Assembly (NCBI GenBank): GCA_028864975.1
Contig: JAGWLG010000001.1
Location: 96,001-160,000 of the forward strand
Direction of reading: 5' to 3'
From: Thermoplasmata archaeon
Lineage (GTDB): Archaea > Thermoplasmatota > Thermoplasmata > Lutacidiplasmatales > UBA184
DNA: 64,000 bases
Part shown: in pieces, positions 47,034-55,200 of the stretch
How positions within the stretch are numbered: position 1 is the first letter of the stretch
Layout: each line of letters starts with the position of its first letter
Notes under the pieces: model-generated
Told to the model about the DNA's origin: nothing
The model's database searches: none
What the model saw: the letters and a program-made list of their open reading frames with translations, nothing else
Translations under genes and position numbers: made by a program

Positions 47034-48372
47034 GCTTGAAGTATCCCACCAGCGCCCCGGCGGCCGCGAGCTTCACGGCCCGGCTCTTGAGCCGTGGGGA
47101 GAACTTCGGGTTCGCGGTCCTCGCGAGCGCCTTCTCGGACACCTCGCGGAGCGAACGGTACAGCGCGGGTTGCAGCGCGACGCCCTTGGAGGCCCAGCGC
47201 CGGACGAGCGGGTGCTGCGTCTCGATGGCGTAGACCAGGGAGAGCTGGTCCTGCACCTTCCGCGCGAGATGGAAGTCGATCTCCCCGAGCTCCAGCCGCT
47301 CCGCGCTCCGCTCGACGGCGCGGAAGCGCTCCCGCGTCATGAGGTGGAAACGCAGCAGCATGCGGTCCTCGAGGGCCGCGAAGTTGGGGTCGCCGATCGT
47401 GGACTCCCAGGCGTTCCCCAGGACCCGCACGTTGTAGTTCACCGTGAAGTAGGAACGGAAGGTGTAGGGCCCGACGGTCCCGTAGGTCGTCTCCCACTTG
47501 ACCTCCCGCTGTTCCATCACCAGCTTCAGGGGCTCGACCATGCCTTTGTACTTGAACCAGTCGTTGAACTCGGGGACGATGAAATTGAACGTCCTGCCTC
47601 TGTAGAAGGATCCCACGCGCAGGAACTGGGCCGGGGTGATCCCCCCGCAGTAGCGGTTCCGACCCGGGAGACCGTGGGGGGGGACCCCGCTCCTCGCGTT
47701 CCCCCGTACCAGGTCGTCGATCGCGAAGGTCTTCCCCGTCCCGGGGGGGCCGAAGAGGGCGAGGTGGAACCCCGTCGTCCCGCTCGCCCGGCCACTGGGG
47801 GTGATCAGCGGGACGTCCGCGAGCGCGTACTGCTGGAGGAGCGCGAGGGCGGGGTCGAGCCCCAGCTCCTCGCCGAAGAGCTCCCGGGTGTAGCGCAGGA
47901 GCGACCCCAGGTCGAACCCCCGAGCGAACTCCAGTGTCTCCTCGAGCCGTTCCTGGAGGATCTCCCGAAGGTGGCGGAAGAAGACCGCGTCCATCTCGCG
48001 GATCTCGAGCGCCTCGTCGGGAGGGGGCTGGAGCGCGCTGGGGGGCGGGGCTTGCAGGCGCTCGACCGCCTCTCGAAGGAGGCCCATCACGTCCGCGAGG
48101 TGGGGGGCGACGAACACTTTGTCGCCCTTCGGGGCGAAGCTCTCGTCCAGCAGCCCTCTGCGGCGCAGCCGCCCCAGGAGCCGGGAAGGGTCCTCGAAGA
48201 CCCGAGCGCGCAGGAGCTCCGCCCGCAGCTCCGAGAGCCGGAAGCTCGCCGGGACCCCGGGGAGGCTCCGAGCCTCCTGACGGCGACGCGCCTCTTCCAG
48301 GACCACAAGGGTGGCTCGGGCCACCCGCAGGTCCTCCCCATCCAGTTCGAGCGATCCGGAGGGGGTCGCCAT
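46918..48372 (-). CDS. Divergent MCM-like AAA+ ATPase with N-terminal helical extension
   Basis: GPPGTGKT; FIVPEFND at the Walker B position; LKLVMEQREV (cf. MCM AMEQ); ALEDR arginine finger. Confidence 0.7.
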   Translation of the reverse strand: MATPSGSLELDGEDLRVARATLVVLEEARRRQEARSLPGVPASFRLSELRAELLRARVFEDPSRLLGRLRRRGLLDESFAPKGDKVFVAPHLADVMGLLREAVERLQAPPPSALQPPPDEALEIREMDAVFFRHLREILQERLEETLEFARGFDLGSLLRYTRELFGEELGLDPALALLQQYALADVPLITPSGRASGTTGFHLALFGPPGTGKTFAIDDLVRGNARSGVPPHGLPGRNRYCGGITPAQFLRVGSFYRGRTFNFIVPEFNDWFKYKGMVEPLKLVMEQREVKWETTYGTVGPYTFRSYFTVNYNVRVLGNAWESTIGDPNFAALEDRMLLRFHLMTRERFRAVERSAERLELGEIDFHLARKVQDQLSLVYAIETQHPLVRRWASKGVALQPALYRSLREVSEKALARTANPKFSPRLKSRAVKLAAAGALVGYFKHEKGKETTLPVGADEEALARLFYQQEISAREGRTFSAS

Positions 48373-48439
48373 CAGGGCACCGTCGGGAGGGCACATTGCA
48401 GAGCAGCGTATAATTACCTCGAGGAACGTCGCATCCCAT

Positions 48440-48988
48440 GTGGCAGGCTCCTTCTCGGGGTACGAACGCGAGTTGAAGGGCGTCCTGCAAGGGGAGGGCG
48501 ACGCGCTCGCCCGCTATCGGAAGTATGCCCAGACCCCCGAGGAGCTCGAGCTGCTTCGCTCCCTGGAGGAGCGCCCCTTCCTCGTGGTCCGCGCCGCGGG
48601 GTCCCAAGGTTTCGATCTGGTCGCGCTCCGCGACCGGGTCGTGCTCCCGATCGAGGTCAAGTCCTCGAGCCAGCCCCGCATCCCGTTCGCCTCGGCGAGC
48701 GGGCGGAGTCAGGACCAATACCACACGCTCAAGGACCAGACGCGGCGCTCGGGGCTCATGCTCCTCTACGCCTACCGCCTCCTCGGGGGCGGGGAGCGCG
48801 ACCCCTGGAGGCTCTTCCTCGCCGAGGCCCCCGTCGAGGACCACAACCGCTACGCGAAGATGATCGCGGCGCAGCTCCCGCCCGTGGGGGTCACGGGGCA
48901 GGGGAACCAAGTGCTCCGCTGGGAAGAAGGGAAGCCGCTCCTCCATTTCTTGAACTGGGTGCACTCGGTCCTCCTGGGGACCGCATGA
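48440..48988 (+). CDS. hjc: Archaeal Holliday junction resolvase Hjc-like PD-(D/E)xK nuclease
   Basis: YEREL, RAAGS.GFDLVA, IEVKS; GTG start downstream of TATAATTA. Confidence 0.8.
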   Translation: MAGSFSGYERELKGVLQGEGDALARYRKYAQTPEELELLRSLEERPFLVVRAAGSQGFDLVALRDRVVLPIEVKSSSQPRIPFASASGRSQDQYHTLKDQTRRSGLMLLYAYRLLGGGERDPWRLFLAEAPVEDHNRYAKMIAAQLPPVGVTGQGNQVLRWEEGKPLLHFLNWVHSVLLGTA

Positions 48989-50133
48989 GCGTCGCGATCG
49001 CATCGACCGGCCTCACCAAGTTCGGGAGGAGGAACGAGGGACTCATCGAGCTCCTGGTCGAGGCCGGAAGGGAAGCGCTCGAAGGCGCTCCCGCCTCTGC
49101 ACGCAGACCGGACTGCGTGGTCGTGGGGTCCATGGCCGCCGGGGCGTTGGCAGGCCTCGAGAGCCTCGTCCCTCGGGTGGCGAACGGCCTTGGGCTCGCG
49201 GGGCTCCCAGGATGGCGGGTCGAGAGCGCTTCGGCGACCGGGGCGGGCGCCTTCCAGCTCGGGGCCCATCTGGTCGCCTCGTCAGCCTTCGAACGGGTCC
49301 TCGTCCTCGCCGGGGAGAAGATGACCGCACAGGCAACGGGGTCGACCACGACCGCGCTCGCTCGCTCGTTGTCGGCGAACGAGGTGCGGCACGGTGCGAC
49401 GATGCCCTCGATGGCCTCCCTGCTCTCGCAGCTCTACCTTGCACGCTACCATCTGAGCATCGAAGACGTCGCCGAGGTGACCGTGCGCAATCGGGCGTGC
49501 GCCCAGGGGAACCCGAAGGCACAGTTCCCCTCAGCGGTGACAGCGGCTCAGGTCAACGAGAGCCGCATGGTCTCGAGCCCCCTGCGGCTGCTCCACGTCT
49601 CTGCGATCAGCGATGGCGCGGGGGCGGTCCTCTTGACCCGCCCCTCCTCCCGAGAGAGCGTCGTCGTTCGGGGAATGGGACAAGCCACCGACGTCCTTGA
49701 GGTGGCCTCACGACCCATGGAGCCCTTGGGTTTTAGGGCGACGCGCCAGGCCGCTCGCGCGGCCTACGACCAGGCCGGGGTCGGACGGAAGGAGGTCCAG
49801 ACGTCCGAGGTGCACGACGCCTTCGCGCCCTTCCAGCTCATCGACCTGGAGGACCTGGGATTCTGCGGTCCGGGGGAGGGACTCGCCTGGACCAGGGCGG
49901 GGCGTGGCGACCCGAACGGGGTCCTACCGGTCAACCCTTCGGGAGGGCTCCTGGGACGAGGACACCCCGTGGGCGTCTCGGGGCTGGCCCAGATCATCGA
50001 GGTCGACCGTCAGCTTCGCGGCGAAGCAGGTCGGATGCAGGCGGGCTCTCCCCGCGTTGGGCTCGCGCAGTCCGTGGGGGGGCTGGGCTCCCACAACTTC
50101 GTGACGATCCTCGGGAGGGAGCAGAGCGCATGA
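48985..50133 (+). CDS. Thiolase-fold protein (SCP2-thiolase/archaeal type) lacking the catalytic cysteines
   Basis: TKFG, VESASATG, SDGAGAV, EVHDAF, NPSGGL...GHPVG; ATGA overlap with hjc. Confidence 0.85.
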   Translation: MSVAIASTGLTKFGRRNEGLIELLVEAGREALEGAPASARRPDCVVVGSMAAGALAGLESLVPRVANGLGLAGLPGWRVESASATGAGAFQLGAHLVASSAFERVLVLAGEKMTAQATGSTTTALARSLSANEVRHGATMPSMASLLSQLYLARYHLSIEDVAEVTVRNRACAQGNPKAQFPSAVTAAQVNESRMVSSPLRLLHVSAISDGAGAVLLTRPSSRESVVVRGMGQATDVLEVASRPMEPLGFRATRQAARAAYDQAGVGRKEVQTSEVHDAFAPFQLIDLEDLGFCGPGEGLAWTRAGRGDPNGVLPVNPSGGLLGRGHPVGVSGLAQIIEVDRQLRGEAGRMQAGSPRVGLAQSVGGLGSHNFVTILGREQSA

Positions 50134-50435
50134 TCACGGTCTTCGTGTGCTCGGGTTGCGGCCTTCACTTCCCGAGCGACGAAATCCGTCGGTGTCCCGA
50201 GTGCGGGGGCACCTTGTCGGCGAAGGAACTGGAAGGACGGGGACGGGTCGCTGCAGCCACCGAGCTCAGCGTTCCCCCTGAAGGCTGGGCCGCTCCGCAC
50301 CGGCTGGTGCTCGCTCAGGTGGATGGTGGGGGGCTGCTCCTGGCCCTCGCTACGTCGGGTACGCCCGAGGTCGGCTCTACGGGTCGGTTGGTTCGGAGAC
50401 CCGAAGGGCAGCTCTCCTGGCAGGGCGACGGGTAG
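50130..50435 (+). CDS. DUF35 zinc-ribbon/OB-fold protein, thiolase partner
   Basis: CSGCG..FP...RCPECG, G.GRV...T; ATGA overlap with the thiolase. Confidence 0.85.
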   Translation: MITVFVCSGCGLHFPSDEIRRCPECGGTLSAKELEGRGRVAAATELSVPPEGWAAPHRLVLAQVDGGGLLLALATSGTPEVGSTGRLVRRPEGQLSWQGDG

Positions 50436-50479
50436 GTTCGATCTCACCCCCGTGGGACACGGTCCTGGATGGACAGGAG

Positions 50480-50596
50480 CGCGGGGAGGGGGATGTTCCG
50501 CCGCTCGGGCGAGGCCCGACGCGGCTTTTGAACCCCCGAGGTGCAAGCACCACAGGATTAGCAATCCTGCGCCGTACCGGGCTGGGCCATCCCCGC
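50480..50596 (-). tRNA. tRNA-Ser (anticodon GCT) with a 33-nt intron at position 59/60 (intron 50494..50526); mature length 84 nt
   Basis: Acceptor GCGGGGA/TCCCCGC, anticodon stem CAGGA/TCCTG around TT-GCT-AA, long variable arm GGTG/CACC, T-stem GGGGG/CCCCC; removing the intron restores TTCAAAT; BHB geometry present; TTAAAT ~26 nt upstream. Confidence 0.9.
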
Positions 50597-50623
50597 GCGA
50601 GGCGGCCGACCGTCGCCCCGCAT

Positions 50624-51229
50624 TTAAGCGTGTGCTGTGGGCGGCGAGGTCGACGACGCGAACCCCGCGAGCGCCAGGACGTCCAGGTGGTGTCGCCCCA
50701 CCTCTTGGGGGTCCAGGATGAGGGGATTCTTGAACGCGAGCTCGCGCCACGGCGCGGAATGGAGCTGACGGCCCGGTGGCCACTCCCCCCGGTAGATGAA
50801 CGAGAGGTCCCAGTGCGGTCCCTTGCCGACCGGTTCCGGTCGCTCCCACACGTCGGAGATGACCTCGGGTCCTTTGAGGTAGAGCGACTCCAGTCCCAGT
50901 TGTTCCTCCAGGATGAGCTTCGCCGCTTCGCTCGGGGCCTCGTAGAGGAAGAGCTGGCGGGAGGGGAGCATCCACCGGTCCGCGAGGTCCGCGACCCGTT
51001 TCGGGTGCATCCCTCCGATGCGCCTCCAGTCGAAGGAGGCATCGATCCGTCCCATGAGCACCCGGTCCGGGCGGCGCGGTTCGGTCAGGAGGGGGAAGAC
51101 GTTCAGGCAGAGCCCGTCATCCGGGACAGGGATGTAGACGGGGTCGTCGGGCGGAGGAGAGGGTCGGAAACGGCACACCTTGCGCGGCGCGTCCGGGCCC
51201 GGCATGCCCCGGGCGAGCGCCCTCAGCAT
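50624..51229 (-). CDS. Nudix-fold protein with a degenerate Nudix box
   Basis: WMLPSRQLFLYEAPSEAAKLILEEQLG, HWDLSFIY. Confidence 0.6.
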   Translation of the reverse strand: MLRALARGMPGPDAPRKVCRFRPSPPPDDPVYIPVPDDGLCLNVFPLLTEPRRPDRVLMGRIDASFDWRRIGGMHPKRVADLADRWMLPSRQLFLYEAPSEAAKLILEEQLGLESLYLKGPEVISDVWERPEPVGKGPHWDLSFIYRGEWPPGRQLHSAPWRELAFKNPLILDPQEVGRHHLDVLALAGFASSTSPPTAHA

Positions 51230-51267
51230 TATCTATCTGCCTCCATCGCGCCACGAGGGCTAGGAAC

Positions 51268-52233
51268 ATGCTCTACGTGCGGAAGGCAGGAGTGGTCGGC
51301 GCGGGAACGATGGGGGCCGCCATCGCGGAGGTCCTGGCGTTCAACGAGATCCCGGTCGTCCTGAAGGAGGTCAACGAGGAGCTCGTCCAGAAGGGTCTCG
51401 CGCGGGTCAAGGGGATCGTCGACGAGCTCGTCGCGTTCCACGAAGGACGCGCGGAGAAGGAGATCGAGCGGATCGAGGAGATGGGGCTGAAGCTCAACGA
51501 CGAGCAGAAGGCCGCCATCCGGGCGAAGCTGAAGCCCAAGGTGGACCGCAAACGCGGGGACGAGGTCCTCGCTCGGGTGAAGGGGACCACAAGCTGGGAC
51601 GAGTTCAAGGACGTCGACCTGGTCGTCGAGGCCGCCTTCGAGAAGGAGTCGGTCAAGAAGGAGGTCTTCGCCGCGCTCGACAAGGCGCTTCCCGACCACG
51701 CGATCATCGCGAGCAACACCTCTTCGCTCTCGATCACCCAGCTGGCGAAGGGGTTGAAGCACTGCGGAAGCACCCTCATCGCCCACTTCTTCAACCCCCC
51801 CTACACGCTTCCGCTCGTCGAGATCGTGGCGGGCGTGGACACGCGTGAGGACGTGGTCAGCGACACCGTGGACTTCTTTCAGGGACTGCGCAACCACCGC
51901 TACCCGATGGTCCCGATCCGCGTCAAGGAGGTCCCGGGGTTCCTCGTGAACCGGCTGCTCATCCCGATGCTGAACGAGGCGTGCTTTGCCCTCGAGGAGG
52001 GGGTCGCTTCCGCCCGCGACATGGACATCGCCCTCAAGGCGGGAGCCGGGAACCCGATGGGACCGCTGGAGCTCGCCGACATGATCGGGCTCGACGTCTG
52101 CCTGGACGTAGCCGAGATCCTCCACCGCGAGTACGGCGACCCCAAGTACCGCCCCGCGATCGCGCTCAAGCGACTGGTCGCAGCGGGCCACCTAGGTCGC
52201 AAGACCGGTCGCGGTTTCTACGAGTACACCTGA
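51268..52233 (+). CDS. hbd: 3-hydroxyacyl-CoA (3-hydroxybutyryl-CoA) dehydrogenase
   Basis: VVGAGTMG, VEAAFE, SNTSSL, HFFNPP, PGFLVNR, PMGPLELADMIGLD, GRKTGRGFY. Confidence 0.92.
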   Translation: MLYVRKAGVVGAGTMGAAIAEVLAFNEIPVVLKEVNEELVQKGLARVKGIVDELVAFHEGRAEKEIERIEEMGLKLNDEQKAAIRAKLKPKVDRKRGDEVLARVKGTTSWDEFKDVDLVVEAAFEKESVKKEVFAALDKALPDHAIIASNTSSLSITQLAKGLKHCGSTLIAHFFNPPYTLPLVEIVAGVDTREDVVSDTVDFFQGLRNHRYPMVPIRVKEVPGFLVNRLLIPMLNEACFALEEGVASARDMDIALKAGAGNPMGPLELADMIGLDVCLDVAEILHREYGDPKYRPAIALKRLVAAGHLGRKTGRGFYEYT

Positions 52234-52248
52234 GCGGGTTCGGGACGC

Positions 52249-55200
52249 TCAGCGCGTCCCCTGGGCTTCCTCGGGGCCACCCGACGGAGGCGGGGGAGCT
52301 ACTCCTCCCGATCCCTCACCCGCCCACGGAACGACCGGGGGCGCGCTCGAGGTCCCAGGACCCATAGGGGGCAGCGCCCTCGAGGGGACCGCTCCTCTCG
52401 CACCGAGATGGGGGCGCCTCGCCCGCGAATATCGGAACCGGTGGTGGAGCCAGAGGAGGAATCCGACCAAGAGGAGGGAGCTCGCGAGAGCGTAGAGGAG
52501 CGAGACCGTCGATGCGGACGACGCATGCGCGGGGACCGAAAGGTAGGCCCCCTGGGAATAGCCTCCGACAGCGCCCGTGAGCGCTCCCAAGCTGAAGAGG
52601 GCCGTAGCCAGGAGGGGCTCGGCGCGCATCCTTCTCACCGAGAGTCGCTGCTCCGGTGTGAAGGGACGCCGGTACTTCCATCCGGTGCGAAGGAGTTCGA
52701 TGCCCGCGACCCCGACCGCGAGGAGAAGCCCCACGAGGAAGCTCAGGAACTCGGGGCCGAGCGTGAGCGCAAAGAGCCCTCCGAAGACGGATGCGATGAT
52801 GGGTCCTCGAAGCGATGGGGAGCCCGAGGAGACCACCGTGCCGTTCACGATGCTCTCTCCGTAGAAGGCGACCGCCCCGCCCTGGCTGGTCAGGAGGCCG
52901 GTCTGGAAGACCGCACCCGAGATGTTCGCCCCCTGCGGGAAGGTCGCCGTGTCGTTCGGAAGCACGATCGTCCCGGTGAGGGTTAGCCCCCCCGCGGACA
53001 TCGAGCCGTTGTTGACTTCCATGAATCCCCCGAGCGTGGCCCCGTCGCCCAGGTCGATGTAGCCCACCGTGAGGCTCGAACCCCAGACCGCCGCGCTACC
53101 GGTCGCGACCGTGTGCCCGACGATGCGGCTCTCGCCGTGCACGAAGTATCCCTGGGCGTTCGCCGTGATCGTCCCCAAGGAGACGGTGAACCCCGTGAGG
53201 TCGATCGCGCCGTTGAGGCGGAACTCGCCCCAGCGCAGCGTATAGTTCCCTGCTACGTCGAGCCCGGGGAGCTGCGTGCGGCCCAACGTCAGGACCGGGC
53301 CCTGGAAGTCGGCGGTGCCGGTGAGCTCGATCCACCCACGGGAGTAGACGGACCCCTGAGCGGAGAGCGACCCTGAGATGACGACCTGGGCCGCGGAGAG
53401 GCTCGCCGAGCCGGCGATGGTCACGTTCCCGGTCGTGTTGACGTTCCCTACGATGTGGGCCGCGCCGGCGAGGTTGATGTTCCCCACTAGGGAGAGCGAG
53501 GTCCCGGCCTCGGTCGCCAGCGTGGAGTCGCCGGTCACCAGGACCGTCCCGGTCATGCCGAGGGTGCCGAGGATGACCGACGTCCCGTTCTCCGCGAAGA
53601 CGCCGTGGTCCACCGTGAGCCTTCCCGAAAGCGAGACGTTCCCCGCGACGCTCGAGGTGCCGGTGCCGTTCACGACGCCCCCGGCCGAGGAGAGGGAGAA
53701 GGTCCCGGTGAGGCTCATGCCGGGAAAGTGGGCCGTGCCGCTCGAGGAGACCGCTCCGGAGAACGCCGTCACCCCGTCGACGGAGACGTTCCCTTGGGCC
53801 TGGACCGAGCCCAAGACCACGAGCCCGGAGGGGAAGGAGACCGTCGTCCCGTTGAACGAGGAGGTCCCGTTGGCGAAGGAGGTTCCCCGTACCATGACGC
53901 TGCCCAGGACCCTCGAGGTCCATGGGGACCCGGCCCCTCCTCCCGAGCCCATGAGGACCGTCGCGTTCAGGTGGAGCGCGCCGCCGGGCGCGGTCTGAAG
54001 TTCCGCGTTCCCGCGGACCACGATCGAGCGGTTCACGTCGACCGTCCCGTTGAGCCACGCCGAACCGACCACGGAGTAGGTCGTGGAGTTGACCCAGGTC
54101 CATCCACGGCCCACGCTCGTTCCTTGAAGCAGCGTGCTCCCCACGCCGACGAAGCTCCCGTCGGTCAGGAGGAAGGTTCCGTCCATGAACGAATGAGGGA
54201 GCGATATCGCCCCCGAGCTCGAGATGAGGCCGGCAAAGGCGGTGGTGCCGGAGGTCCCGACCGAGCCCGAGGCCACCATCGTTCCGTTCAGCGACAGGTT
54301 CCCCCCGATGTGGATCAGGGTCGAGTTCTGCACGAACTCTCCTGCGATGGTGAGGTTCCCGGAGGCGTTCGTGGACCCGAGGATCGTCACATCGGAGTCG
54401 ATGGTGGTCGGCCCCAGCGTCTCGACGGCGCCGCCCGGGGCGGTCTGGATCTCGATCTGGGGACCCAGCTCGAGGTGGTGCTTGAAGAGCTGCTCCCCGG
54501 CGCTGTCGAGGTGCCCCTGGACGACCAGGCCCCCCGCATTGTAGAAGGTGCCTCCGTTGTCCGCCGTGGCCTGGGCCGAGAAGGTGCCGTTGACCACGAC
54601 CGACGCGTTCAGGCTCTCGCCGCGAGAGACGGTGACCCGACCGTACGTCGAAAGGAGCGCGGGATAGGTCGCCCCCGCGTTCACGGTGAGACGCGGGCTT
54701 CCCTGGTCGGCGACCATCGAGATGTTCGGGCCCACCCCCGGCGGGACGGAGATGGAGAGCCGGGAGTCCGGCATCGACGCGGTCATTCCCGATCCCCCAG
54801 AGAGCGTCTGCCCCAGGATCGAGAAATGCGTCCCGGCCCCCCAGGTGATCGAGACGACCGGGATCTTGACCACGCATCCAAGGAGGAGCACGCAGAGCGA
54901 TGCGACGTAGTGCTGCCCCACCGCCACCGGCACCGTGACCGCGGGCAACCCCGGGATCTGGGCGACAATGTTGACCGGCCCCGAGGAGTTCGCGTAGTTG
55001 ATCACTTGCGACGCGTTGAGGACCTGGATGTTCGTCCCCCCGCCGAAGCTGTAGAAGCCTCCGGCCTGGTTCGCGTCGATCGTGAGGTTGACCCCGATCG
55101 CCGTCATGAGGTAGGTGTCGCCATTTGTGGCGTCGCCGAAGGCCAGGTTCCCCTCCATGACGTTGAAGGCGGTCTGGTTCTGGGGCGAAGCGTCCACCCA

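Noticed and set aside
46855-48984. Apparent 1092-aa ORF suggesting a huge N-terminal fusion to the thiolase
   Set aside because: The N-terminal ~710 codons are antisense or out-of-frame to the ATPase and hjc; the real start is ATG 48985 overlapping the hjc stop
50527-50596. First reading as a 3'-truncated tRNA marking a prophage/integration site
   Set aside because: The missing 3' end lies 33 nt downstream with BHB geometry, and there is no integrase; an intron explains it
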